The position numbers and the translations under genes were made by a program. A stretch of 55,352 bases of DNA from positions 1 through 55,352 of the forward strand of contig JBCDAQ010000001.1 in assembly GCA_039185285.1 (NCBI GenBank), in the 5' to 3' direction. Origin of the DNA: Pseudomonadota bacterium. Lineage in GTDB: Bacteria > Pseudomonadota > Alphaproteobacteria > Rhodobacterales > Rhodobacteraceae. Positions 9,879 to 19,333 of this stretch are shown piece after piece. The notes beneath the pieces are model-generated. The model was not told the DNA's origin. It did no database searches and saw only the letters and a list, made by a program, of their open reading frames with translations. Each line of letters opens with the position of its first letter. Positions within the stretch are counted from its first letter, which is position 1.

Positions 9879-11072
9879 CTATGATTTGGCTGATAAGCGA
9901 ACCTTCGTTCGAGGGTGAGATCGCAAAGCCGTTGTCAATTTCACGCCGTGACCTGGTGCATCAGACAGCATGAGCGCGCCGTTCTTCAAGGATGGTAGCC
10001 CGTGGACGAGTCGCGGATAGACGTGGGTGTAGAACGCTCGCGTAATCTCTTGCTCCCGAACCAAAGGCAGCGCATGCGCCAAATGGGTCGAAACCGCCAA
10101 CGTTACAGGGCCGGAGCAATCGTGAAACGCGATCGGACGGCCTTTCGCCCCGGCGAGGGCCGCCGCTTCTCGGGCAAATTCAATCCCACCGCCCCAAGTG
10201 ACATCGACTATTGGGTATTGAATTCCCGAGGCGAGCAAACCTTGCACCTGCCCAACTCCACCCAGCGTCTCCCCGCCCGCAATAGGGCAGTCTGTTTGGG
10301 CAACAAGTTCTGCCAACTGATCCGGTCGATCCATGCGAACCGGGTCTTCGACCCAATCTGGCGCCAAAGGCTCCAAAGCGCGGCATATTTTTAGCGCTGC
10401 AGTGAGAGACCAGAGGCCATGTAGCTCAGCCTTCAACGCCATACGATCACCCAAGGCCGCACGGATCGCTTCGAAAGGCTCTAGCGCACGTTTAAGGTCC
10501 GGCCCGGAGATATCTTCGCCATCTCGCGCGCCGCTCGCAAAATCGAAAGGCCAGATCTTCATCGAGCTTATGCCCATCGCGAGCAACGACTCAGCCAGTT
10601 CGACGGGTCGCTCCATGAAAGCTTTCAGATCCTCGAACTTCTCGCCGGTTTCTTGCCCAAAATTATCAGGCCGAACGTCCGAACTGTTTGAAACGTAGTC
10701 TTGTCCAGCGCAGGTGTTGTAGACAGGGATTCCAGCGCGGACAGAACCGCCAAGGAGCTCGACCAAGGGCGCTTGAAAGCGTTTGCCAGCAAGGTCCCAG
10801 AGTGCGATCTCGATCGCTGAAGAGGCCCGCATTTCGGCGCCCGTTCCACACGCACCGACGTAAGGCCTCGTGTCTCGGGTCAATCTGGTTATCTTGCAGG
10901 CATCCTGTCCCAAGAGCGACTGAGACAATCGACCATGTATTTCTGCTTCTACCGTCTCCGCTCCAAACCACGTTTCGCCGAGCCCAATGAGGCCGTTATT
11001 CGTCTCCACCTCGACAAATATAAGAGTGGCTGGTTGTTCCGGGCGGTAGGTCGTAATCTTGGCAATCTTCAT
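9879..11072 (-). CDS. mandelate racemase/muconate lactonizing enzyme (enolase superfamily) protein
   Basis: GLGET, SAIEIALWDLAGK, KIWP, metal-ligand region (ELH..., WVEDP, GGET), HDCSGP, PGHG. Confidence 0.92.
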   Translation of the reverse strand: MKIAKITTYRPEQPATLIFVEVETNNGLIGLGETWFGAETVEAEIHGRLSQSLLGQDACKITRLTRDTRPYVGACGTGAEMRASSAIEIALWDLAGKRFQAPLVELLGGSVRAGIPVYNTCAGQDYVSNSSDVRPDNFGQETGEKFEDLKAFMERPVELAESLLAMGISSMKIWPFDFASGARDGEDISGPDLKRALEPFEAIRAALGDRMALKAELHGLWSLTAALKICRALEPLAPDWVEDPVRMDRPDQLAELVAQTDCPIAGGETLGGVGQVQGLLASGIQYPIVDVTWGGGIEFAREAAALAGAKGRPIAFHDCSGPVTLAVSTHLAHALPLVREQEITRAFYTHVYPRLVHGLPSLKNGALMLSDAPGHGVKLTTALRSHPRTKVRLSAKS

Positions 11073-12094
11073 CTTGTAGTCTCAGAGGCTGAGGTCGCTA
11101 TGTCCGCGGGCGGGCCAATACTCCCACGCGGTCTGTACTCGGGCACAAGCCGCATCCGCTCGGCGATCGATAAGTGCACGGAAATGCCGTCTGCCCCTTC
11201 TGCACGACGCGGGCGGCGAAACAGAAACGCCCGGGCCATTGATCGTCGGCATCCTTGAATAGGGGCGCTCGGGTCCTCGGGAAAACGCGTTGGCCAGTCT
11301 TCGGGCAAGGTCAAACCATTATCCGCTGCTCTTTGAAGCATCCAGTTCAGTGGAAGGTTAGAGAGAGGCCGCGCGGCGGGCAAGGTCCGCAATTCCCCTC
11401 CGACGTCACCATGAGCACCCGGGAACCATGTCTGCTCGAGCCTTCCTTGCCACTTAGGGCTCTTCTCCCAAAGAATAGGCTCGAAGGCGCGTCGATCCTC
11501 ATCAATGGCCAATGCATGGTAGCCATGCGCGATATGAGCTCCAAGCGTGTGATCGTGAAACTCGGTCGCCATTGGCGCGAGGTAGGAGAGAATGGGATAG
11601 GGCAGACCTAAAGCGCGTACCGTATCCCAGCAGCCGACCATTCGAATTGGCACGTCCTGAATACAATGGTCCTGCGAAAAACGGTTAATCGCATCTGCCT
11701 CGTCTTGCTCATAAAGCCTGAATGCTTCGCGGATCTTACGTTCACCCCTGTGAGCCGGGCGCAAAAGACCCATCCGACCGATCATGCCTGCTAGCGAGCG
11801 CACAGCATATCCGCCTCTTGAGAATCCAAAGAGGTAGATTTCAGATCCAGGCCGCCACCGGATAGACAGAAACGCATATCCCCTTAGGATCGACCGATTG
11901 ATCCCAAAGCCTGATGCCGCATTGAGCCATCTGCGCCAGCCGCGTCCTTGCACCCCTCGGTCATAGTCGAAGAGCTGCGAAGGTCGCTGACCAACCTCCT
12001 CCATCAAGCGAAAAAGCTGTCCCGCATTCGTCTCTTCACCTCTGGTGATCGATGAGAGAGTTCCGTCCGAAATGTAAACCAGACGCCGGTTCAT
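11069..12094 (-). CDS. DUF2235 alpha/beta hydrolase (Tle1-like catalytic domain)
   Basis: DGT, GFSRGGYAVR nucleophile loop, GCWDTV, HALAIDEDRRAF, WFPGAHGDVGG. Confidence 0.9.
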   Translation of the reverse strand: MNRRLVYISDGTLSSITRGEETNAGQLFRLMEEVGQRPSQLFDYDRGVQGRGWRRWLNAASGFGINRSILRGYAFLSIRWRPGSEIYLFGFSRGGYAVRSLAGMIGRMGLLRPAHRGERKIREAFRLYEQDEADAINRFSQDHCIQDVPIRMVGCWDTVRALGLPYPILSYLAPMATEFHDHTLGAHIAHGYHALAIDEDRRAFEPILWEKSPKWQGRLEQTWFPGAHGDVGGELRTLPAARPLSNLPLNWMLQRAADNGLTLPEDWPTRFPEDPSAPIQGCRRSMARAFLFRRPRRAEGADGISVHLSIAERMRLVPEYRPRGSIGPPADIATSASETTR

Positions 12095-13266
12095 TGCGCC
12101 TGATAGGTCAGCGTTAGGGGCAGTTTAACAGGGCTGGTATTCCCAGTTTCCGGCAGAAACAGCGGTGTCTCACTTGTTGCAAATGCCGCGATCCGCTGGG
12201 TCATGACGCGCAGCGCGGCGGCGATATCGGCCCGTGCAACCGCTGCGCCCAAGCAATGATGCGCCCCGCCACCAAAGCCAAAATGCATCTTCCGAGCAGC
12301 CTCGGCCGAGAACGTTTCATCCGAACAGATCTGAGGGTCACGTGCAGTCGCATGGGCTAGAATGTGAATGGTTTCGCCCTCGGCGATCGCAAGGCCTGCG
12401 AAAACGAAACTCTCTAGAGCCTCACGGGTTGACCAGGTCGTGGTTGGCCGCATCCGGATCGTCTCCTCGATCGCGGCGGGTATGAGGTCTGGGCGCTCAC
12501 GGAGTAAAGACCACTGCTCTGGATTAGCGGCAAAGAGAGCCATTCCCAAACCAAGCTGAGCACGCGTGGTATCAACTCCGCCAAAAATAGCGATAACGAT
12601 GAGGTTTAGCAGCTCCTCGCGACTGAGGTCGACCTCTTGAGCAACCACCCGCGTAACAAACCCATCTCTGCCAGCGTCAGCCAAGGCAACCAGTTCCTCA
12701 GCGAGAAGATAGAGACGCTCCGTCGCCGCGTTGACTTCTCCTTCGTGGCTCTTGGCATCCACACCCATCGCAAGACCAAGACAGGAGGCATCTTCGGCGA
12801 TCCGATGCCACTCCGTCCTGGGCAGACCCAGCATGGTACAGATCGCCTGCCCAGCAAACCGGGTCGCAAACTCGGACATAAACTCGATCGCAACGCGCCC
12901 ATCCCAGCTGTTGATGATATCGTCCGCGACGCTGTGAAAAGTTGGGACCATCGCTTCGATCGCCTCGGGCTTAATCGCGCCTTGAAACACCGCGCGGAGC
13001 CGTTTGTGGTCCGCGCCCTCCTGAGCAATCACTGAGTTCGTCCAAAACCGAGCGAAGGCGCCTCGGAGCCCCATGTACTGCGGCCAGGCATGACTGCCCT
13101 GCCGCAACCTTCGGTCTCGCAGCAATAGGCCCGCTTCTCGGTGGCGCAAGACTGCTATTCCGTAGGGGGTGCGCGCATACCAACCAGCGTTCCGCGCGGC
13201 CAGCACTTCAGGTGAACGGGTTGAGAAATCAGGATTGGAAAGATCAAGGAAGGGGGTATCAGACAT
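12091..13266 (-). CDS. cytochrome P450
   Basis: HKRLR, I-helix GGVDTT, ExxR (EETIR), heme motif FGGGAHHCLG. Confidence 0.97.
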   Translation of the reverse strand: MSDTPFLDLSNPDFSTRSPEVLAARNAGWYARTPYGIAVLRHREAGLLLRDRRLRQGSHAWPQYMGLRGAFARFWTNSVIAQEGADHKRLRAVFQGAIKPEAIEAMVPTFHSVADDIINSWDGRVAIEFMSEFATRFAGQAICTMLGLPRTEWHRIAEDASCLGLAMGVDAKSHEGEVNAATERLYLLAEELVALADAGRDGFVTRVVAQEVDLSREELLNLIVIAIFGGVDTTRAQLGLGMALFAANPEQWSLLRERPDLIPAAIEETIRMRPTTTWSTREALESFVFAGLAIAEGETIHILAHATARDPQICSDETFSAEAARKMHFGFGGGAHHCLGAAVARADIAAALRVMTQRIAAFATSETPLFLPETGNTSPVKLPLTLTYQAQ

Positions 13267-13309
13267 AGTGGCACTCTGACCCAGCCGCTCACGATGTCAA
13301 ATCAGGTAT

Positions 13310-14851
13310 TCAGTACCACGCATCTTCCATCGATGCTTTCTTTCGCTCGACGAAAGTAACGAGTTCCTCTTCGATCGCTGGGTCCAACGAAGGCGCTTGG
13401 TATTCCGCAAGCATCGCGTTCCAGCGTTCATAAGCACGTCGCTGGCTTTCCTTGGCGCCGCGTTCTTCCCACTGTTCACAACTTTCGCTGTCCGACATCA
13501 CGGCGTCGTAATACGCGGTTTCATAATTTGCCATTGTATGGGCCGAGCCCAGGAAATGTCCGGCAGGTTCTACGTCATCATAAGCCGAAGCGCCTAAAGC
13601 ATTGTCATCCAACGGCAGTCCGTTGAGCATCACTTGGTAGGCGCCCAACCGATCTGCATCGAGGATCAATTTTTCATAGCCGGTTGAGAGGCCGCCCTCG
13701 AGCCAACCGGCGGCATGAAGTGTGAAGTTCGAACCACAGAGCGCCGTTGAAAGCATGCTATCTGCACTCTCTGCAGCGGCTTGTGCGTCGGCGACTTTCG
13801 ACGCGGTTAACGATCCACCACATCTCAGCGGCACACCAAGCCGCCGCGCCAACTGACCGATCACGAAGTTCGACATGACGGGTTCCGGCATTCCAAATGT
13901 CGGAGCCCCCGATTTCAAACTCATAGAGCTAAGGAAGTTACCCAAAACAAATGGCGCACCCGGACGGACGAGCTGGCTAAAAGCACAGCACATCATGGCC
14001 TCTGCCAAGGCCTGAGCGATCGAACCAGCCGTCGTCACGGGCCCCATTGCACCACCAAGGATAAAGGGGGCTACAACGATCCCCTGCCCCGCCCCGCAAT
14101 AGACTTGGATTGCTTCTGTCACCACCTTGTCAACCAACAGCGGTGAGTTCGTGTTCACATTGCCCATGATCACGCAGCGACCGTCGATATCTCCGTGGAG
14201 AATTCTTGCCATTTCGACGGAGTCTTCAGCGCGCTCCTTAGCCACGATCGCACCCAAGTGCGGCTTGTCTGAACAGCGCATGTGGATGAGCAACATGTCG
14301 AGATGGCGCTTGTTCACGGGAACGTCGCAAGGTTCGCATGTGACCAATCCGCTATGGTGCAGGCTGGGCAGCATATAGGTGAGCTTAACTAGGCGCTCCA
14401 GATCATCCAGTGTACCGTACCGTCGTCCGCCCTCGAGGTCTCGCACAAAGGGGGGGCCATAAACCGGAGCGAAAACTTGTTTCCCATTGCCGATCTCGAC
14501 AGTGCGCGCTGGATTGCGAGCATGTTGCGTGAACTCTGATGGCGCCGTTTCGCAAAGCTCGCGAACCATCCCTTTGGGCAAGCGAACCCGGGTGTCTCGG
14601 ACATCTGCACCCGCAGCACGCCAAATTTCCAAAGCGACAGGGTCTTCACGGAACTCAAGGCCAACTTCCTGAATCAACCAGTCCGCCTGCTGCTCGATCC
14701 GATCGAGTCCCTCTTCACCCAAGAATTCATAGAACGGAATTTCCCGCGTGATGTAGGCGGGCTGGGCCAAGGTGCGAACCCTTCCATCGCGAGGATTGCG
14801 GCTGCGGCGACGCAGTTTTGCCGTCGCGATCTCAGGGGTCGGCTCAAGCAT
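13310..14851 (-). CDS. trimethylamine methyltransferase (MttB) family protein, non-pyrrolysine
   Basis: YGPPFVRDLEGGRRYGT, CEPCDVP, NTNSPL, PFILGGAMGP, GAPTFG, HAAGWLEGGL, GHFLG; no in-frame TAG. Start placed at ATG 14851 because the putative promoter lies within the longer ORF call. Confidence 0.93.
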   Translation of the reverse strand: MLEPTPEIATAKLRRRSRNPRDGRVRTLAQPAYITREIPFYEFLGEEGLDRIEQQADWLIQEVGLEFREDPVALEIWRAAGADVRDTRVRLPKGMVRELCETAPSEFTQHARNPARTVEIGNGKQVFAPVYGPPFVRDLEGGRRYGTLDDLERLVKLTYMLPSLHHSGLVTCEPCDVPVNKRHLDMLLIHMRCSDKPHLGAIVAKERAEDSVEMARILHGDIDGRCVIMGNVNTNSPLLVDKVVTEAIQVYCGAGQGIVVAPFILGGAMGPVTTAGSIAQALAEAMMCCAFSQLVRPGAPFVLGNFLSSMSLKSGAPTFGMPEPVMSNFVIGQLARRLGVPLRCGGSLTASKVADAQAAAESADSMLSTALCGSNFTLHAAGWLEGGLSTGYEKLILDADRLGAYQVMLNGLPLDDNALGASAYDDVEPAGHFLGSAHTMANYETAYYDAVMSDSESCEQWEERGAKESQRRAYERWNAMLAEYQAPSLDPAIEEELVTFVERKKASMEDAWY

Positions 14852-14882
14852 TGCGTTCTCCAGAGCAGTTTTGCGCCAAATC

Positions 14883-14910
14883 ACTCTGGACAGCACTGTC
14901 CATTTGTCAA
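14883..14910 (-). promoter_or_regulatory. sigma70-type promoter of mttB operon with operator palindrome in the spacer
   Basis: Minus strand reads TTGACA-aatggacagtgctgtc-CAGAGT. A perfect inverted repeat TGGACAG-CA-CTGTCCA lies at 14887-14902. Confidence 0.6.
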
Positions 14911-15057
14911 GAAAGCGAACAAGCTTCACTTTAATCGGTTACAGTTCAACCTGAGTGGTGTGATTCGCGTTCGATCTCTTCAGTTGCTTTAAATTCTCAC
15001 GAAACTCTCGCTGCTGCTGTTTGCATGTGGGTGCAGCGATCACTGGAGGAGTTCCGG

Positions 15058-15351
15058 ATGTCAGATGTTATGAAAATCGCGCTGGAGCGACGCTCCCAGC
15101 TGACTGCAGAGTTAGCCCGGATAGACGAGTTCATCCGGATGGCTGAATCACTCGTTCAAGAAGGATCACCCTTGGCGCTCGGGCCGGCTCCTGAGAACAC
15201 AGCGATCCCGGCGCGAGAAGCAGAACCGGTATCGCAACCGGTTGAACAACTTGCGCCCAAGGCAGCGGCACCGTCTCCCGAACCGACGGAAGAGAAGCCT
15301 GCGCGCGGCGGACATCGCCCCATGGTTTTCCGGCAGAAATCTGCGAGCTAA
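15058..15351 (+). CDS. hypothetical protein (N-terminal coiled coil, Pro/Ala/Glu-rich tail)
   Basis: SD GGAGGAG before ATG 15058; amphipathic helix MSDVMKIALERRSQLTAELARIDEFIRMAESL; followed by a hairpin. Confidence 0.75.
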   Translation: MSDVMKIALERRSQLTAELARIDEFIRMAESLVQEGSPLALGPAPENTAIPAREAEPVSQPVEQLAPKAAAPSPEPTEEKPARGGHRPMVFRQKSAS

Positions 15352-15371
15352 TCTCCGGCAGATCTCAGTAA

Positions 15372-15395
15372 GCGCCCGCCTGGCTGGGTGGGCGC
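15372..15395 (+). terminator. GC-rich hairpin, possible terminator
   Basis: GCGCCCGCCT-ggct-GGGTGGGCGC just after the stop at 15351; no clear U-tract. Confidence 0.35.
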
Positions 15396-15473
15396 CTGCC
15401 TGACAAAAAGTGCTTCCTATTCGTGAACGGCTTGGTCATGGTGCCCAAACCGCCGCGATACCGGAGCAAGACA

Positions 15474-16157
15474 TTGACCCTTACGACCTGTGTTTTCGAT
15501 GCCTACGGCACGCTGTTTGACGTTGCCGCAGCGGCCCGCGAAGCAGCTGCCGAACCTGGCTTTGAGAAGCTCTCAGACACATGGCCCGCTGTGGCCGAAA
15601 CTTGGCGCCTAAAGCAGCTTCAATATACCTGGCTTCGGGCAAGCGGCGGGGTACACACTGATTTCTGGCAAGTGACGCAGGACGGTCTGGACTATGCTTT
15701 GGAGCAGCACGGTCTAGCGGAGACTGCGATAAGAGAACGATTACTGCAGCTCTATTGGGAGCTCTCGAGCTACGCGGAAGTTCCAGCAATGCTCTCAGCC
15801 CTGAAGGCTGCCGGGAAAAACACCGCAATCCTTTCAAACGGCAGTCCTGCAATGCTTAACGGTGCTGTTGAAAGTGCTCAGATTGGAGATGTGCTAGACG
15901 CTGTTCTATCCGTCGAAACGGTAGGAGCCTTCAAGCCCACGAAATCGGTTTACGACCTGATTGGCACCCATTTCGGAATTCCGCAAAACGAAGTTCTCTT
16001 TGTCTCTTCAAACTGTTGGGATGCATGCTTTGCAGCGGCGCAGGGCTTTACCGTCGCTTGGGCAAACCGAAAAGGGGAACCTTTGGATCGGCTCCCGTTC
16101 AAACCGGATCACATTGTCTCGGACCTGACGAGCATTCCTGCAATCGCAGGTGTCTAA
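15474..16157 (+). CDS. haloacid dehalogenase type II
   Basis: FDAYGTLFDV, WRLKQLQYTW, ILSNGS, FKP, FVSSNCWD; TTG start after GGAG. Confidence 0.93.
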   Translation: MTLTTCVFDAYGTLFDVAAAAREAAAEPGFEKLSDTWPAVAETWRLKQLQYTWLRASGGVHTDFWQVTQDGLDYALEQHGLAETAIRERLLQLYWELSSYAEVPAMLSALKAAGKNTAILSNGSPAMLNGAVESAQIGDVLDAVLSVETVGAFKPTKSVYDLIGTHFGIPQNEVLFVSSNCWDACFAAAQGFTVAWANRKGEPLDRLPFKPDHIVSDLTSIPAIAGV

Positions 16158-16990
16158 TGGAAAATTTTAAGGCCAGTGACGGCCGCCGCATCGCTTACAC
16201 AGATACCGGTGGAAGCGGACCAATCGTCCTATGCCTTTCCGGTTTGACCCGAGACAGCCGCGACTTCGCGAAGCTAAAAGATCATCTGGCGCCCGAATAT
16301 CGGGTTCTTACTATGGATTACCGAGGTCGAGGCGCGTCGGAATGGGCTGCTGATCCAATCAACGAGTACACTGTTTTGGTCGAAGGTCGGGACGCCGTTG
16401 AATTGCTTGGGCACCTCGGCATCCCATCAGTTTTGCTGCTGGGCAGTTCTCGTGGTGGCTTAATCGGCATGGGTCTCGCCGTGCAAACGCCAGGATTGAT
16501 CAAAGCTCTAATCCTGAACGATATCGGCCCTGAACTCGTTCCAAGTGGTCTCGACTTCATCATGACCTATCTGGGCCGACCTGTCGCCTATAGCGACTTT
16601 GATGCGGCGGCAGCGGGATTAAAGGCCGCCTTCGAGGGAGAAGCGCCTGATCTGACCGATGACGATTGGTTGGACTTCGCCCACGACACCTACGCTGATC
16701 AGGACGGCAAACCCTCGCTCTCCTACGATCCAAAACTTCGCGATGCTGTTGCCGCAGCAATGGAAGGGCCTCTCCCCGATCTTTGGCCTTTCTACGAGAA
16801 TGTCGATTGCCCGGTCCTGGTTATTCGCGGCGCGAACTCTGGTCTCCTTAGTCCCGAGACTGTCGCCGAGATGAAGCGACGAAAACCCGCACTGAGAACA
16901 GCCGAGATTCCAAATCGAGGCCATTGCCCCTTCTTAGATGAGCCGTCCTCGCTGGCCGCAATCCAAGCATTCCTGAAAGACTACGCATGA
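16157..16990 (+). CDS. alpha/beta fold hydrolase
   Basis: GLTRDSRDF, DYRGRG, GSSRGG nucleophile, LNDIGP, GHCPFL; TAATG overlap with the upstream gene. Confidence 0.92.
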   Translation: MENFKASDGRRIAYTDTGGSGPIVLCLSGLTRDSRDFAKLKDHLAPEYRVLTMDYRGRGASEWAADPINEYTVLVEGRDAVELLGHLGIPSVLLLGSSRGGLIGMGLAVQTPGLIKALILNDIGPELVPSGLDFIMTYLGRPVAYSDFDAAAAGLKAAFEGEAPDLTDDDWLDFAHDTYADQDGKPSLSYDPKLRDAVAAAMEGPLPDLWPFYENVDCPVLVIRGANSGLLSPETVAEMKRRKPALRTAEIPNRGHCPFLDEPSSLAAIQAFLKDYA

Positions 16991-17976
16991 CTGACCCTGT
17001 TTCGATCGACGACATCCGCGCCGCACAGAAACGCCTCGAAGGTCATGCGCGCGTAACCCCTTTGCTCGAGAGTGACCTCCTGAACCGTGCGGCTGGCCGT
17101 CGCATTCTGATCAAACCTGAATGTTTACAAAGAACTGGCAGCTTCAAGTTTCGTGGCGCCTGGTCAGCGCTGTCGGCCCTTCCGGTGGAGGCGAGAGCTC
17201 GTGGTGTGATCGCATATTCCTCGGGCAATCATGCTCAAGGTGTTGCTCACGCGGCTGAGCTTACAGGCACGCCTGCCGTAATCATCATGCCAACCGACGC
17301 GCCAGCCTTAAAGATCGCGAATACAAAGGCCTATGGCGCCGAAGTCGTCCTCTACGATCGTCCAGGCGGCGAAAGCCGAGAAGTCATCGGCGAGGCGCTC
17401 GCAACCGAACGAGGCCTAACCTTGGTTCGGCCATATGACGAACCCATGGTCATCGCTGGGCAAGGAACCACAGGTTTGGAAATCGCTCAGCAAGCACGCG
17501 CCGCTGGCGTCGATGACGCCGATGTCCTGGTTTGTTGCGGCGGCGGCGGGCTCACTGCTGGGATCGCACTTGCTCTTGCAGCAGATCACTCGGGGCTAAG
17601 AGTACGCCCGGTGGAACCAGGAAGCAGCGATGATTTCGCCCGCTCTCTCGAGGCTGGGGAGAGACTGGCCAACCAGGGGCCGATCACGTCGATTTGCGAT
17701 GCGATCGTGACCCCTTCACCCGGCGATCTGACTTTCCCGATCGTGAAGCGTCTTGGTGGTCCGGGCCTCTCGGTCACCGATGACGAAGCACTCAGCGCCA
17801 TGGCCGAAGCGTTCCGGCACCTCAAGCTCGTTGCTGAACCCGGAGGAGCAGTTGCATTGGCGGCAGCACTGTACCGAGGGGAACAGATCCCAACCGACAC
17901 CGTCATCTGCACAATCAGCGGCGGAAACGTCGATCCATCTGTTTTCGCCAGCGCACTCGCTCGAGAAAACGGATGA
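16987..17976 (+). CDS. PLP-dependent threonine/serine dehydratase family protein
   Basis: KPECLQRTGSFKFRGA, SSGNHAQG, GQGT, GGGGL, EPGGA, SGGNVD. Confidence 0.93.
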   Translation: MTDPVSIDDIRAAQKRLEGHARVTPLLESDLLNRAAGRRILIKPECLQRTGSFKFRGAWSALSALPVEARARGVIAYSSGNHAQGVAHAAELTGTPAVIIMPTDAPALKIANTKAYGAEVVLYDRPGGESREVIGEALATERGLTLVRPYDEPMVIAGQGTTGLEIAQQARAAGVDDADVLVCCGGGGLTAGIALALAADHSGLRVRPVEPGSSDDFARSLEAGERLANQGPITSICDAIVTPSPGDLTFPIVKRLGGPGLSVTDDEALSAMAEAFRHLKLVAEPGGAVALAAALYRGEQIPTDTVICTISGGNVDPSVFASALARENG

Positions 17977-18296
17977 AAACCCACAGAGTCACCCTTGAGA
18001 ACCGTGGGAACAAAACCCTGCAGGTCGCAGAAGACGAAACAATTTATGAAGCTGCCCTCAAGTCAGGCGTTCAGCTTCCTATTGCTTGTGCATATGGCGG
18101 CTGCATCACCTGCGCTGCCCGAAAACTCAGCGGCAAAGTCGTCCAGCCCAAAGGGACGGCGATCAACAAACGTCAGTCCAAAGCCGGATATGTCTTGCTC
18201 TGCGTCGCACGCCCACGGTCGGACGTCGTGCTCGAGGTCGGGGTTGAAAGCCATGCTGACCTATACCAGAACCCCTTTGCTGTAGCTAAAGGCTGA
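17973..18296 (+). CDS. 2Fe-2S ferredoxin (plant type)
   Basis: CAYGGCITC...LLCVARPRSD cysteine pattern. Confidence 0.92.
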   Translation: MKTHRVTLENRGNKTLQVAEDETIYEAALKSGVQLPIACAYGGCITCAARKLSGKVVQPKGTAINKRQSKAGYVLLCVARPRSDVVLEVGVESHADLYQNPFAVAKG

Positions 18297-18391
18297 GGCG
18301 AAACATACGCCAATCACCTTCTTCAAGGCCGAAAGGACTTGATGAAGGGTCTGACGCGTCCGGCCCTTTGCCGGACACCGCTTGGTAAGCT

Positions 18392-19333
18392 TCAACCCGA
18401 GCCCGTGCTCGAACAAGAACTACGATCAGATTCCGACCGCGTCCAATCAGCGACATCTTGCCAAACCCGTTGCGCTTGCAGGTCTCTAAACAAGAGGTGC
18501 CATCCCTCTTCATACCTAACTACCTGCGTCGATCCTTTGAGACGAGCGAACATTCTCTCGACCGCTGCATTCGGCACGATCTGGTCTTTTTCACCCAGCA
18601 GCAACAACGCTGGCAGCTTGACTTCTACGCTAGCGCGCGCCGCGCGATCGGTCACTCTAACCAGACCGAAGATCTCTCGGGCAGACGGCGGACTCAGATA
18701 GAAAGGATCACGACCCAATGCACGCAAAGCCTCAATATTATCACTGGCTTGGATGCGAACGACACCCTCTCCGGTGAAGCGTTTGTCAGGAACCACAGAA
18801 GCCGCGGTCCATGCCAATAGACGATGAAACGGGTTAAGCTCGCTCTCCCCCCAAATGGCGGGCGCTGCCAAAACAATCCCCTCGGCATCAAGATCCGTTG
18901 CCGCAGCAAGAACCACGCCACCCCCCATTGAGTGGCCTACGACAAAAAGGGGAAGACAAGGATGCGCAGCTCTGACGCGAGCGGCGATCGCTTTCAGATC
19001 CGTGACCAATACATCGGCCCCGGGCCAGTAGCCGCGAGAAACATTCCGCCCGAACCCTCGTTGATCGTAGGCAATCGTTGTAATGCCGTCCTCGGCCCAC
19101 CAAGCAGCCGCATCAGCAAAAGTGCTCTCGCCATAGTCGCCAAAACCATGCACGGCTAAAACAACCGCTCGTGGTTCTTGAGCATCCCAACGGCTCAGTG
19201 CGAGCCCGGTTGAAGGGTCAGAAACAAGCGAAGAACCGACCGCACTTCTTGGTACCTGCAACGGCCCGCCCGCCGAACAAGAAGCGAGACAAAAGATTAG
19301 GAGCAGAGCTTGCCAACTGCCTCGCGCAGCCAT
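18392..19333 (-). CDS. lysophospholipase-like alpha/beta hydrolase, probable lipoprotein
   Basis: Lipobox-like LASC; VHGFGDY, YDQRGFG, GHSMGG, GEKD, GWHLL. Confidence 0.9.
   Translation of the reverse strand: MAARGSWQALLLIFCLASCSAGGPLQVPRSAVGSSLVSDPSTGLALSRWDAQEPRAVVLAVHGFGDYGESTFADAAAWWAEDGITTIAYDQRGFGRNVSRGYWPGADVLVTDLKAIAARVRAAHPCLPLFVVGHSMGGGVVLAAATDLDAEGIVLAAPAIWGESELNPFHRLLAWTAASVVPDKRFTGEGVVRIQASDNIEALRALGRDPFYLSPPSAREIFGLVRVTDRAARASVEVKLPALLLLGEKDQIVPNAAVERMFARLKGSTQVVRYEEGWHLLFRDLQAQRVWQDVADWTRSESDRSSCSSTGSG

Noticed and set aside
13310-14851. Pyrrolysine recoding in mttB
   Set aside because: The ORF has no in-frame amber codon, and no pyl genes are in the window.
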